The notes under the pieces are model-generated. The model was not told the origin of the DNA. It saw only the letters and a list, made by a program, of their open reading frames with translations, and made no database searches. The translations under genes were made by a program, and so were the position numbers. From Massalongia carnosa (lineage: Eukaryota), in the NCBI GenBank assembly GCA_965645245.1, contig OZ287069.1, positions 1,736,001-1,800,000 on the forward strand: DNA of 64,000 bases. Direction: 5' to 3'. Below, in pieces: positions 39,192 through 52,438 of the stretch. Numbering within the stretch: the stretch's first letter is position 1; every line of letters begins with the position of its first letter.

Positions 39192-40307
39192 CTATCCCTT
39201 GATCATCAGTATCTATAATAGGCAAATTAGCTCAATTCAGCTAACGGCAACTCTGGTATGCAGCGTGACGTACTTCATTCAAGGCTTTCTGATCCATCAT
39301 CGCCATCTTCTTATGTCTTATATACTGTTTCCTTACGGCATGCCTCCCTCCCATCGATTGGCTTGATGATAGGATGGAGGATTTTTGGGCAGGGACTTCG
39401 GGTAGTAGTGGCAAACTCATTTTCTGATAATGCATCTCGTGCGACGCCAATGGGTCTGGCTTCTTTGTCGATAAGGCCTGCTCTAATTTTATTTTCTTTC
39501 TAAGGTTTGATTTTCGCTCTGCTTTCCCCAGTCTTCGTCGTGGTTTGTCTGAATCCAATGGTGATGTCTGCTCCGAGACCCCTTGATCGCTAGGGATAAG
39601 ATAAGTGTTAGTTCCATCTGCTACTTGCCCTGAATCATCTACAGCTGCAAAGTTCCGTTTGTGCCGATGCTCTTTGGATATTGGTGGTTCTGACGTATTG
39701 TGAGGGTCTGTAGGTCCAGCCGGCTTGTGAAGTTCCAACTCCTTGGACCGTTGCTGTATGGAATCTCCGATATTGGGTATTGGTTGTCCGCTAGAAGGTA
39801 ACTCTTCCGTTGCGCTCTTTTCCACCGGAACGCCTTGCCTGTCCCCTACTAGAAAACCGCCACTCACAAAGTGAACGGCATCCCACCGAGAATTGTCTCT
39901 GATTGGTCTGTTTAGATCCACATTGGGTATTTGTTGTCTCTTTACTTGTTCATCACCCTTTCCATTTAACCGGCCAAGGATTCCTTGGAATGCATCCAGA
40001 CCTGTACATAGATCATTATTATAATTCCCTCCAGACTTGGCGCCCAAACCGCGATTGTCATCTTTTAGAACTACTTTTATCTGGGCGGGGGCTGCTATAA
40101 TGCCTGACATAGAGCGCGTAGTCCCAAGAAACGATCCAGGAGTCCAGCCATGGGATTGTAATATTTTCTGCCCATAAGAGCGACTCCAAGCGGTGTTGTT
40201 GGGATCTCGAGAGAGTTTAACACGTCTGCTGATTTGTTAGGTGGCAGTATAACAGCAGTCTATACCTAGTATCAATAAACAGACCTCCGTGCTTGTCCTA
40301 GTCCCAT
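39192..40307 (-). CDS. PXR1: G-patch nucleolar protein Pxr1/PinX1
   Basis: MGLGQAR|intron|RVKLSRDPNNTAWSRSYGQKILQSHGWTPGSFLG..IKVVLKDDNRGLGA (G-patch). C-terminal GRHAVRKQYIRHKKMAMMDQKALNE|intron|ILMIKG*. Confidence 0.9.
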
Positions 40308-40509
40308 ATTAATGAGAAGGTAGAATTTCTACCTATCCCTTTCTTTGCTTTCCGAGGCTTTACAGTTTGGTGATAAGGAATATTTTAACCTGTGGGCTAA
40401 GAGAGGTGGAAATAAACAAGGCCAAGCATTTAGCCGAATCAGCCACTACCAAGTACAACTAACATTTCTTATCGATAACATATCAAAACAGCAACTGTTC
40501 AAAATTCAG

Positions 40510-41112
40510 ATGTCCAGGGCAATGCCACCCGCTAAACGTCGATTAGACGTATCACAAACGCATCAAAGCTCTCTAATATTATCTTCTTCAGCAGAAGAAG
40601 AGACCAGCAATGGCTATAAATCCGCCGGATCTCCCACTGCGGAAGATGTAGACGTGCTGCAGATGGCTCACAGAATAGTCGAGGCGGTAATACTTTCACC
40701 ACTTTTGGGGCAATGGCTTGTGACGCTGAATATAGCGTTAGACTAAGAAACGGCGGGAAGCACGGCAGAATGCCTTGAAGCTTGCATACTCCAAATCGTT
40801 AAAGCGACTCCAAATCGAAATGACTGAAAGTTTCGATATCTTATCAAAAAGAGTGTTAGTTGCATTCGTTCTTTAGTATGAAGGATACGGATTCTCCTTG
40901 GATTTAATACAGAAAGCAGGTCCAAGGAGCATCGAATTCGTCTTCAAACTCTTGCCGACTTGATCGAGAGGAATGCTGCAATAGAGACTGAAATAATGGC
41001 CTGTGCTAAAAGGCTCGAGAAGGCGCATACCGCAACCACTCGGGAGCTGCAGATTACACTCGAAGGCAGAATTAATGATCTAGATAAATTAGAGACTGTC
41101 ACAGGCAGCTGA
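40510..41112 (+). CDS. Small three-exon hypothetical protein with helical/coiled-coil C-terminus
   Basis: MSRAMPPAKRR.. exon, intron about 40687-40741, exon TKKRREARQNALKLAYSKSLKRLQ.., intron about 40855-40919, exon SKEHRIRLQTLADLIERNAAIETEIMACAKRLEKAH..LEGRINDL..*. Splice model is inferred. Confidence 0.55.
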
Positions 41113-41627
41113 GACACTTATCAAAGCTGGCGCGACGACTATTATCGTATTAGCAGTTCGCTTACATATAATGTCTAGCTTGATATCAAGGTACGCTGTG
41201 ATCGAGCCAAACTCCTGCTTTAATGCATCTGTGAAATGGTTCTCAACAGTACCTAACGGTTTCTGATAGTTTGAAGAAACATTCAAAGTGGCGCGTCTAT
41301 GTGCAAAAAGAGTAAAAAGTAAAACGGCAAGTCCGTACGCGAGAGTACCAGGATGGCACGATGGTTATATCCTGACATCTCGATTTCTTCATGACGAGTC
41401 TGTAGCTCGCAGAGCTTGTGTGAATCATATGATATGTGTGCCTAATTGTCACGAGTCAGAAGTGTTATGACCGATGGAGGATGTCTAGGACCATTGTCAC
41501 TAAAAGTCCAACACTAAAGCCTTTTAGCATGCGAGGAACCATGCCTTGATACTTACCTGCTAGGATAAGAGAAGTTGCGAAGGATCAACCAGGTTGTTAA
41601 TGTACTCTATGTATGCTTCATTTGGTA

Positions 41628-42964
41628 CAGTCCCGTGTCAAAAGTTTCCGACTCTACCCGCGATTTTCGTGATTTCGCGTTTTAACCTACCAACCCATCA
41701 ACTTTGACCTCATCATTTCACCATGCCACGCACTCCGTTGACTTCAATTTCTGGTAATAAGCCTCGTAATACCGAATTGAATCAATGTCAAAGAGGTATG
41801 ATTATTGGAGCCCAGGCGTTGGGGCATGCACGGGCCGAAATTGCAAAGACATTAAATGTGCCTCGAACCACCGTCATTTACACTCTTCAAAAGCACCCAG
41901 AACGCAACAACGAAAAGTCCAAATCGCGATCGGGTCGGCCTGGAATACTTTCGAACCGCGATCGAAGACGTATCATCAAACTTGCGCGAATCAATCCACG
42001 CATCACCTACGCGCAGCTGCGTACGGAGGTTGAGGTGCAATGTAGTCGATCCACTCTCTATCGGACGCTCAAAGACTATGGTCTAACAAACTGGCTGGCT
42101 AAAAAGCGACCTTTATTGACGCCCGAGGTGGCAAAGAAGAGACTGGACTGGTGCTTGCTTCGGCGTGAGTGGAATTTTGAGCAGTGGTCAAAAATAATAT
42201 GGTCAGACGAGTGCTCGGTGGAAAAGGGGTCGGGAAAACAGCGTCAATGGGTGTTCAGGTTTCCGGACGAAAAATGGAAAAAACCTATGATACAACCGTA
42301 CGGCAAAGGAAAAGAGGTTAAGGTCATGGTATGGGGGGCTTTTTGGGGGGGGGGAGGTCGGATCTTTACAAATTGGCCCGCGATTTCGAGGCAAAGAAGA
42401 TGGGGTACTCCGCGAATTCATATTTGGAATTATTGAACGATAATCTGCTTGGAATTTGGGAACCAGGTCTCATTTTCATGCAGGATAATGCCCCCATTCA
42501 CACTGCCAAAAAGGTGAAGAAATGGTTCGATGAAAACGGTATAACAGTCATCGATTGGCCCCCTTATTCTCCTGATTTGAATCCCATCGAGCACGTTTGG
42601 TACGTGCTCAAAAAGCTCGTCTACCAGGTCAATCCGGACATCGACTCGGTGACTGGTGGTTATGATAGGGTCCGCGAGGTACTTTGGAAAGCTTTGGAAG
42701 AAGCATGGGCCTTGATAGATGAGGAAATGCTGAAGAGTTTAGTAGACAGCATGGAAAGGAGGATTGAAGCTTGCATCCAGTCAAAAGGATGGTATACGAA
42801 ATATTAAAAATATATTTCTCAGCCCAATGTACTTGCTATAATGTATGTAATCATCGTACGAAGTTTCAAGACATCAAAATAACAACTTGATAGTTGATAA
42901 TTCAAAGCAGTGGGGGGGTAAAAAGTTGATGGTGGGGCTGTCGGAAACTTTTGACCTAGTAGTG
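41628..42964 (+). mobile_element. Tc1/mariner (impala-like) DNA transposon
   Basis: 25-bp imperfect TIRs (CAGTCCCGTGTCAAAAGTTTCCGAC vs CACTACTAGGTCAAAAGTTTCCGAC); TA on both sides (41626-41627, 42965-42966). Confidence 0.92.
41723..42807 (+). pseudogene. Tc1 DD34E transposase, single frameshift in a G10 run
   Basis: Motifs RSGRP, WSDECS and QDNAPIH...WPPYSPDLNPIE. Two overlapping ORFs switch frame at the G homopolymer 42345-42354. Confidence 0.88.
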
Positions 42965-43343
42965 TACATAATGATACATAACCTAAATACACTCCCGGGC
43001 CTTTTTGGCTTTTTTGGCCTTTTTGGCCTTTTTGTCCATAACAACGTAGGTCAAATGAAGATCTAAGGAAACCATTGCATGATTTTATTATGTAAAGGTG
43101 TCATCTGTAAACGCCCAGTAGATGACTTAACGAATCTTCGAATCATAACTGTTGGATCCATCGATGAAGAAAATAACATACCCGGTATTTCCTCTATTTA
43201 TGTACATCCTGACGCGACACGATTAATGGGTTAGAAGATGCTGTCAAAACATTCAGCTTATCCTCTCCACTTGAATCTGATATACAAACATGCGATTACT
43301 TAAATTTGTGTGAAACCATGACTTGCATCTGCGAAATTCAGTC

Positions 43344-46300
43344 ATGTCTCTTCGATTGCTGCTTCGAGAACATCCAAATCGGTCGATAGCTTTGACCACA
43401 GAATCCCATGCTCTAATATTTCGCCATAGCACAGCGAGTGATTTGTCTGTCCATGGCACGTATAAATCATCGCCTCATAGGTGCATGGTAGAATTCTCGA
43501 GCTTGACAAGCGTTAATCTTGCAGACTATCGAACCTTAACTACGTTGGGCGTACATGGCACGCTGGGATTAATCAATATCGAAACCGATATCTTTCTCTG
43601 TGTTATCAGTGGAGCGGCCCGTGTTGCTACAGTTCGGCCAGGGGAGACCGTACAGAGAATCACATCTGTTGAGTTTCGTTAGTATCTAGGCCAGTAACCA
43701 ACGTATAGTCCAGTATAATACTGACAAAACCCGAAGATTGTTTAAATAGAGACGACTTTGATCGAGAGCTACAAGGAGAGGCTAACACTTTCTCAAGTGA
43801 GTATGGAGCTCCCGACAGGTCTGACCACAGTTACGGCAACGATTATAGAGAGCAGCCAATTGTCCATCCGTGCCATGAACTGAAAAAGATACTGGGAGGT
43901 GGAACTTTTTATTACAGTGTGAATTTCGATCTCACAAATCGATTGCAAAACAGGTAGATACACATCATCGATGTGCATGGTGTTCGAGCTTCTAACATTC
44001 TTAGATCATCAGAGAGATCGGCATTTGATATCGACAACCAGGATGAAGACTTTCTTTGGAACTCTTACATGATTGATCCCCTGATAAAATTTCGTTCTCG
44101 CCTATCAGCCTTGGAACGGAACACTTTAGATGAATCTCGCATTCTAACTTCTGCCATCAGAGGCTTCGTTTTAACCATTACTGTTCCTGCCTCTTCATCC
44201 CCTATTCCGACCCTCCGTTCTAACCTGCCCTCTACGTTGACACTAATCTCCCGGTTATCCTGCCGACGGGCTGGGACTCGATTCAATTCTCGCGGCATTG
44301 ACGATGACGGCCATGTGGCAAATTTTGTTGAGTCTGAGACTGTGTATTGGCATCCATCCACTTTGTGTTTTTCCTATGCCCAAATTCGAGGCTCTGTGCC
44401 CGTATTCTGGGAGCAGGCCCCCGGTCTTCTTCCAGGTCAGCAGAAGATCCAAATTACAAGGTCTCCTGAAGCTACGCAGCCAGCTTTCGATAAGCACTTT
44501 GAGCAGCTGGAATCAAACTACGGCACAATACATATACTGAATCTACTGAGTGAATCGAAACCTGGCGAGGCTGAACTGACATCAAGATACAAATATCATG
44601 TTATGCACAGCCCCCTCCATGGAATTATTGAGCTCGAAGCTCAAGTCGGACACCGTTTACTTCAGCAAACTCAATTCGATTTCCACGCTGAGACTAAGGG
44701 ACCCGCTGGATATGAAGCCGCAAGCGCGGTCAGACGCCTTCTTCAGGATCCCGCCAAGGAGTTTGCATATTTCATGTGTGAAGACGCAGATCCGCAACAA
44801 ATGCCTCGTGGGCTAGCTGGGGACATTTCCTCTCGGGGTCCCATAGTTATTCGACAACAGGAGGGCGTCTTCAGAACAAACTGCTTGGACTGTTTGGATA
44901 GGACTAATCTCATCCAGACTATTATTAGCCAAATGGCCTTGGAGTCCTTTCTTCATCGCGAACCTGAAACCGCTTCTGCAGACTTCTGGATGAGGCATTC
45001 AAGTGTTTGGGCGGACAATGGAGATGTTAGTTATTGGGCTGCCCTCCGTTTAGATGTAATATTAACCTAACATAGGCTCTCTCGAAAATCTATGCCGGGA
45101 CTGGTGCCTTGAAGTCATCTTTCACTAGACATGGGAAGATGTCACTTGCCGGTGCGATTGCTGATGCTCGAAAAAGCGCAGCACGCATGTACATAAATAA
45201 TTTTACTGACAAAGGACGTCAAAACATAATTGACATGCTCCTGGTAATTAGCATCAATAACAATACTAGTTAATCTGAGGCTGAAAGTCAACAGGGGCGT
45301 CTGATAAGCCAATCTGCTGTTCATTTATACGATCCTATCAACGACTATGTGAACGCGGAGCTCAAAAAACGGTGAGTAAACTTGATGACTCCGTTCGAAT
45401 AGAAGCTGAGGTGCATTTAGGGCGAATGAGTATTCTACGGAAGAAAACGTGCATATCTGGGTTGGAACATTCAATGTAAATGGCTGTGGAGGTAGCACAA
45501 AGGAAGATCTTTCTGCCTGGCTTTGTCCTCAAATCAACCGCTCACAACCAAACCCTGTGATTGTTGCTGTAGGATTCCAGGAGATTGTCGAGCTTAGCCC
45601 ACAGCAGATAATGTCTACTGACCCGATTAGACGGCAAGCTTGGGAGGATGCTGTTCGAAAAACTCTGAATCAAAATGCCAAAAAGCTCTCTTCTGATGAG
45701 TACATCCTAGTACGCAGCGGGCAACTTGTCGGGGCAGCACTCATGATCTTTGTAAAATCCAGTGCTTTGAAAAATATCAAAAATGTTGAAGGGAGCGTAA
45801 AGAAGGTATGATATTTATCATCCACTTCTTACTCAGAAAACTAAACTCAAGAAGACTGGTCTTTCAGGTATAGCTGGCAATAAGGGAGCAGTAGCCATCA
45901 GGATGGACTATGCGAATACTCGTATGTGCTTCTTAACTGCCCACCTGGCAGCTGGCTTTGCCAATTATGAAGAAAGGAATCGAGATTATTGGACTATAAG
46001 CCACGGCCTTCGCTTCCAGCGCAACCGATCCATAGACGATCATGATACGGTCATATGGCATGGTGATTTCAACTATAGAATTGGCCTGAGTGATGAGAGA
46101 GCGCGGAGACTTATCCACGCGGGCGATCTTGAGTCTTTGTACCAAAATGATCAGGTAGTAAAATTCCATCTGTTTATACCTCCTACTCGGTTACTAATAA
46201 GATTAACCAGCTGAATTTGCAAATGGTTGCCGGTCAAGCCTTTCCATATTATTCCGAGGCGAGGATAACGTTCGCGCCTACATACAAGTACAATAACGGA

Positions 46301-47460
46301 ACAGACGATTATGATACCTCGTACGTTTGAGTTTCCAAGTAGTCTAAGGCTGTACCGCTTACTATGATCAGCGAAAAAGCCCGAATACCAGCATGGTGTG
46401 ATCGAGTTTTGCGAAAAGGAGATAATCTACGACAGATCAACTACACAACGGCGCCACTTCGATTTTCCGATCATCGCCCTGTGTATGCGACCTTCGAATG
46501 CAGGATCAGTAATATCAATGAAGCGCAGAAAGAGAGCTTGAGCCATAAGCTCTATACCCAGCGAAAGCTAGATGTTGGGACGATAACGGCCAACGCAAGA
46601 AGCAGCGATATTGATGATGAAGACCTCATAGGCTATGAGTCCATAGCCCCTGAGTTGCCTCCTGCAAGTTCGGATCACCGCAAGTGGTGGTTGGACAATG
46701 GTGAGAGCGCCATTGCTACGGGTTGACTATTAGAGATCATCTAACAGGAGTGTCAGGACTTCGAGCTCAATCTCGCATCCAGCCACCGAGCAAGAACTCG
46801 GTCCCGAACAGTCAAAGACCACTGAATCCGTTTAGCCCAAGTACTGAACCAGACTGGGTGATTTTATCTGAATCGCCGGAGCTTGTGTCAAGCCAGAAGC
46901 CTGAGAATGATGAAGCTAAAAGTAGGCAAGTACATAATCTTCATTCCCTACACGATACAGAGAGATCTCCGTTTGACCTAAGCTATGGAAACATCAGAGC
47001 AGCGACGCCTGCGCAAGAACAGCTAAGAAGAACGTTAAGTCGGACATCCTTAGCGTCATCATCCTCTGGGCTACCCCGGAAACCGCCACCTCCTGTCCCT
47101 CGGAAACCAGCCTCGTTGGCTAGCTCAAACGAACACCCGGTGAAGTTATCTCGCGCTGTTGAACAAGATACCAAACCCGCCACCTCGTACAAAGGCCATG
47201 GGCAAAGAGACCCGTCCAGGATCTCTTCCCCACACCCTCCCAACAGGTCCCACATGAACTTGCTATTACCTCAGCAATCGTCGACACCTCCAGGTCCGAC
47301 AGGCAGCGGAAGGACTATTTCAAGCCCAACAGAACCAATCGTCCCACCGCTTCCGTCGCGAGAACCCACGGGCCATACTCCACGCTCCGGAGGGTTGTTA
47401 GACGAAGATGACGATGGTGCCCCAGCGATCCCGTCGTTACGGCCACTCCGGCGAAGTTGA
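43344..47460 (+). CDS. Synaptojanin-like polyphosphoinositide phosphatase (Sac1 domain + inositol 5-phosphatase; Inp52/Inp53/Syj1 family)
   Basis: Sac1 motifs RRAGTRFNSRGIDD and RTNCLDCLDRTN; 5-phosphatase motifs GFQEIVEL, WHGDFNYRI, PAWCDRVL and SDHRPV; Pro-rich tail. Ten exons with canonical GT-AG introns. Confidence 0.95.
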
Positions 47461-47735
47461 AAGGCCCCAAAGGGCCCAAAGGGGTGCATGGCACAACGTA
47501 TGGTTCAGCTGCCTACAATATCAAATGTCAGCGTATCCATTGGCTCAGCCATATCCGTTATGGGGTTCAGCAGACCATAGATACACAAACCTATGAAAAA
47601 GCAATACATGCATGCACGCAAGCACGCTCTTTCCTGCCTTCTTTCCTCATTTCCTACCTCCTAGGTGTCTTTATCGTAAAACCCGGTAGCCGCCCCTCCT
47701 CCCCCTTTCCCCCTCAGGCGCTTCCCTACCATTGC

Positions 47736-48329
47736 TCAACGGCCCGAGTCATCGCGCCTATAATACTCCGTCCTCCTACCCGACTCGTCCACAACCACAA
47801 TCCTCTCCCTCGTAGACCGGTACGACGTATTCGACTGCCGCGGATCCTTACCGTACACTAGGCTGCCGGACCGCCGGCGACTTTGACCCTGACCCTGACC
47901 CTGACCTACCCGCAGCTGCGAGCGCCGCGAGTCATTCCGCTCGTTGGGCGGCTTCTTCTTCTCTCCTGCTCCCATAGCTCCCACCATCGCCGGCCCATCC
48001 CCATCCCCATCCCCGTATGTATAGCAGGCCGCCGACGCGCGCGGGGAGGCTTGCTGGATCACCACCATCGTTGTCGTCGTTGTCGTCGTCCTTGCTGTCG
48101 CGGGTGGGTCCTGGGGGCGGAGGTGATGCTCGGGGTCCGGAACAGGGGCGGTAATGGCGGCGGAGGGATAGGCGCGGGCGCGAGCACTGGGGGGGTCAGG
48201 GTCCGGACGAGAACCCACGGTGTTGTTATTGTCGCCGCGGCGCACGGGTCGGATCGGCGGCACAATCACGCCCTCCTCGTCGTCTTCTGCCGGTGCGCGC
48301 TCCTCTGGGCGGAGCCGGATGAGGCACAT
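47736..48329 (-). CDS. Hypothetical Arg/Ser-rich protein
   Basis: 197-aa ATG-initiated ORF ending RSTRERIVVVDESGRRTEYYRR; low complexity, no recognised domain. Confidence 0.55.
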   Translation of the reverse strand: MCLIRLRPEERAPAEDDEEGVIVPPIRPVRRGDNNNTVGSRPDPDPPSARARAYPSAAITAPVPDPEHHLRPQDPPATARTTTTTTTMVVIQQASPRASAACYTYGDGDGDGPAMVGAMGAGEKKKPPNERNDSRRSQLRVGQGQGQGQSRRRSGSLVYGKDPRQSNTSYRSTRERIVVVDESGRRTEYYRRDDSGR

Positions 48330-49403
48330 TTCGCATATGTTGACACTATCCGGCGGGGGGGGGGGGTGTGTGATTGGTAAATTGGGGGTTAAAACTGGAT
48401 GGATGGATGGGAGAGGGAGGGGAGAGAGGAAAGGAAGAATCGCTGGTGGGATGAAGGTTTCCTGTCTAGAGGGTAAAGGTAAGGTGGAAAGAAGGAGGAA
48501 GAAGAAGAAGAAGAAGGAAAGAACTAAAATGAGTCAACTATTCGTCGCTACAAATGGTGTTTAGTGTTGGTAGAGACGGTCGAATGGGATGCCCCTCCTC
48601 GATAGGATGGATGTAGATGGGTTTATAGCTAAGTAGGTAGGTAGGTAGGTACATATGTGCAAATTCGACCAAAGCAATGCATATATACATAATGACCGCT
48701 CCGTACTACAATCACTTTCCCTCACTTCCTGTAATTATGCATACTCAACGTTGATTGACTATTGCTATCTAGCTACCGACCTACATACAACATGTCCTTT
48801 AATCTATCGTAATTCCATGCGGTCGAACCGATTCGGATTCTGGAATTGTAACTCGAGTGTGGATGTTTCGTCCGGCAGTTCTGGATGATCCGAAAATCGA
48901 ACACGTTGGCTGACAAGCGGCAACAATTGAGGAATAAGTTGAGGGCCAACAAACACCAAGCCAACTGCGTACAGATGACATGACTGCACCGCTCCACGCC
49001 CAAATCAAAACACGCCCTCGCTGATGCAACCCAATGCCTTGATCTGCAAAATCGCCACATAATCTGTCTCATCCAATGCCGCAATTTGAGGAAAAGGGAG
49101 AATGAGTCGAAATTGTGCTTTTCGGTTGGGAGGTGCCATATAAAACTCCAAAAACAAAACCTAAAACTCATTGTAACCTTAAACCATAATCCCGTATCCT
49201 CCAGTGGGGCATGAAAAACACCCGGCAATGCCAGGTGAAGAAAACCATGCCCCCTGACGCAGCCCATGCTTTGGGGAGTATCCATCGACTTGCAAGATAT
49301 AATGCATGGTGGAGTCTTGCCTTCCGAACGGTTGTCCATACCAGCGAGCGGAATAAGCAACCACAACCAACATCTCCACAGCAACATCAAAAGATATCTT
49401 CCT

Positions 49404-51797
49404 TCACATGACACGACACACCACGTCGTGCTGAGTAGCTTCGTCAGGTTTTTTTAGAGCTTTTAAAGACTTCTGTTTCCCTGATTTCCCACCGGCCCAG
49501 ACTTGGAAAGGCGTAAGCCTTGGGGGTTTCTTTTTCTTGCCTGGTTGAACGTTAGCATGGATACTATAATTTTGGGTATAGGTAAAGGGCGAACCGTCGG
49601 GAGGCACGATGACGATAACTTCCGCGGGAGGCTCGGGAGCAGGTGGTGGGGGAGGAGGGGGGGGTGGTTCTGGCACTGGCTCAGGAGGAGGTGGTTCCTC
49701 TACCTTGGGCGGAGGAGGAGGCGGTTCGGGGATTGGCCACATATGCATCGTGATGATCCAATCGGGTTCGACCATTGTCTCCCACACTTGAGGTAGGATT
49801 ATTTCACCGTTGGGACCCACCAAATCATAGTGACCCTCGGCGACGTGCGGGCCAATAACTTCAACGTGAAGAAAAGCCTGTTTGATGAGATCTTCCATAC
49901 CCTAGGGGAGGGGGGGGGGGGAAATAAGCTACTATCACGTTTAAGGCATTAACTGCAAGCTAAAAGGTTCGTCACTTACCATCCACGTGTTACAGAGATG
50001 AAAGGGGAAACTAAATTTCCTGCCGACAGCATCTTTGAATTTAATGGGCTTCTTCTTCTCCTTAGGAGGAGGGGGGGGCGGTGGCGGAGTGGCTGCGGCG
50101 AGTGCGGCGGCGGCGGCAGCAGCGGCAGCAGCGGCCGCTTCTGCAGCTTCGGCGGCGGCCTTTTCAGCGGCGGCCTTCTCTGCAGCGGATTTCTCTGCGG
50201 CCGCTTCTGCAGCTTCGGCGGCGGCTTTTTCAGCGGCGGCCTTTTCTTCAGCTGCCTTCTGAGCTGCCTTCTCAGCTGCCGCCTTCATCTTGGCAGCTTC
50301 CTCCTCAGCTGCCGCCTTTATCTTGGCGGCTTCTTCGTCAGCTGCTGCTTTGTTCTTCGCGGCCTCGACAGCAGCTTTCTTTTCGGCCTCTGAAGTCGCC
50401 GCAGCTGCCGCAGCTGCCGCAGCTGCCGCAATATCATCCGCTATTTTCTTCTTCACTATGGCTTCAGCCGCCTGGTCCTCCGCAGCTTTCTTAGCCGCGG
50501 CTTCTTTGGCATCCTGTTCCGCCTTTTGGTCCATAAGTAGTTTCTCCAGCCGTGCAAACTTTTCATCATCCTTCGAAGTTTCAGAAGGGGGTGGGGGCGT
50601 GGTCGACACCATTGGGGGGGAGTAGACACCGGTATACTGATGATACATTGCTGGTGGAGGCATTGGTTGAGCTATTTGGTAAGGCTGAATGCCGTAGGGA
50701 TAGTACGGAGCAGGTGAAGGATGGTGTACCATTTCTTGACCACTATACGGCGTACTGCTGTGCGCAGGGATGTGGCTTCCCAGCGGAGGGCCAGCATGAT
50801 GAGATGGGGGAAAGTATCCTGGCGCAGCTCCACCACTCGCTGGCTGATAGGGTGAATAGCCATACCCACCAGGGGGGCTAGCAAAAGGCACGAGCTGCTG
50901 CGTTGGAGGATTCACGGTCGATGCAGGGAAAGGACTGTATGCTTGACCCGAAGAATAACTCGGTGCATAATTGGGAGGAGGATTCCCCCCTACATGACCC
51001 CAATGTGCGTATCGGCCAGGGTGTTGCGGCGGGCCTCGGCCGTAGGCCTGCCATTCCTCGTTGGAGTCCACACTTTCGGGGGGAACTGGCACTGGCGGCC
51101 GATGGGCTCGAGGGTGTGGATGATGAGGATGATGATGATGAGGTACGCGATCGTGAACAACCTGACGACGAGACGATTGACGACGCGCCGTTTCTGGATG
51201 AGGCGCTGGAGCACCAGGCCGATGTTGATTGTGTGTCCGTAGTCTCGATGCTGAATCGGATGGTCCTATCTCATCCGGATATATAGGCAAAACCCAGCCC
51301 TCCGTCTCTTCGAGGGGATCGGAATACTCGTGACTGCCAGCTGCTGAGGAGGGAGATACTTGCACCCCCGTACCAGACGAATCTTCACCGTCGGTGAGTG
51401 AGGAGGAGGAGCGGGATGAACTATGCGTGGTACTGGATTCGTGAGCGATAGTAATATTGTATCTATGGTTGGTTGGTAAAGACGGGTCGTGCAGGATATC
51501 CGAGACTAGACTTACGGCATGTGAATAAGGTACCGAATGCAAGGAATTACCAAGCTCGAGGCTTCTCTGCCAAAGAGAAGGCCAAGCAAAGGTAGTCTTG
51601 ACCTAGAATAATGGATGGAAGAGGACTTGCGCCCCTAGCCGTGCAATAGTTGGTCGGTTCTAACACGGTTAATTCAGCATGCGGCAGTAAGCTCGACCGT
51701 CTTCAGATGGATGACGTAAAGTTTGGACTTACCCGAGGAGTCCTTTCGGTTTTTTCGCAGGGATGTGAGGGTTAAATCTGCTATTGGTATTGCGCAT
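49404..51797 (-). CDS. Pro/Ala-rich protein with fungal ubiquitin-like domain (often annotated 'kinetoplast-associated protein kap'-like)
   Basis: PIKFKDAVGRKFSFPFHLCNTW|intron|MEDLIKQAFLHVEVIGPHVAEGHYDLVGPNGEIILPQVWE, plus an AAEKAAAE repeat region. The 5' exon is uncertain (candidate 51797-51733, spliced in phase to 51432). Confidence 0.8.
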
Positions 51798-52438
51798 TCG
51801 CAGATGCTACAATCCAAACGCACGTCAATGTTCGTTAGTCAACATGGTCCAGATGAACGATGACAATGAAAGACGCATGATACGGGAGGGATTTCCAAGA
51901 GAGTAGCGCAATGCCAATTTGCGTTCTCGTAAACAAATCGAACGGTATTGGGCGTAGCGAGGAGGTAATCCCGAACACTCTGTAGCGGTCGACAATGCCC
52001 GGTGAATCATGGACTTTAGCACCTAGATACTTGTCGATTTGGACATGCCGACCTACTGCGCAGAAGTTGTATGGGGAGGGAAGAGGAACAATGGACGATG
52101 GGAGGGCGGTGATGAGAAGTAAAAGAAAATGGACGAATGAAGAGGGAGAGGAAGAAGGAAGGGGAGTGGAACTGACCTGCTGATTTGCGAAAAGAACAAC
52201 AGAACAAGAGTCAGTAGCGGGCAGAGAGAGAGAGAGGGGCAGGTTTCGAATTTGGGATTAGATGGTTTTTGTATCCTTTGGTTTTATGGTTTTTTTGGTT
52301 TTTGGTTTTTGGCTTTTTTGGTTTCTGGTCTTGGGACTTTGTTTTTTTAGGTTTCGGGCGAGGGATCGGTCGGTATACATACGACTGGACCGAGTACCCA
52401 CGAAGCACAGAACAAGGTACCTAGTACTCTGTACACAG

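Noticed and set aside
42997..43035. GGCCTTTTT repeats next to the Tc1 end as part of the element
   Set aside because: They lie outside the TIR and TA TSD; simple low-complexity repeat.
49998..50625. Plus-strand Ala/Gly/Arg-rich ORFs
   Set aside because: Antisense shadows of the low-complexity region of the minus-strand gene.
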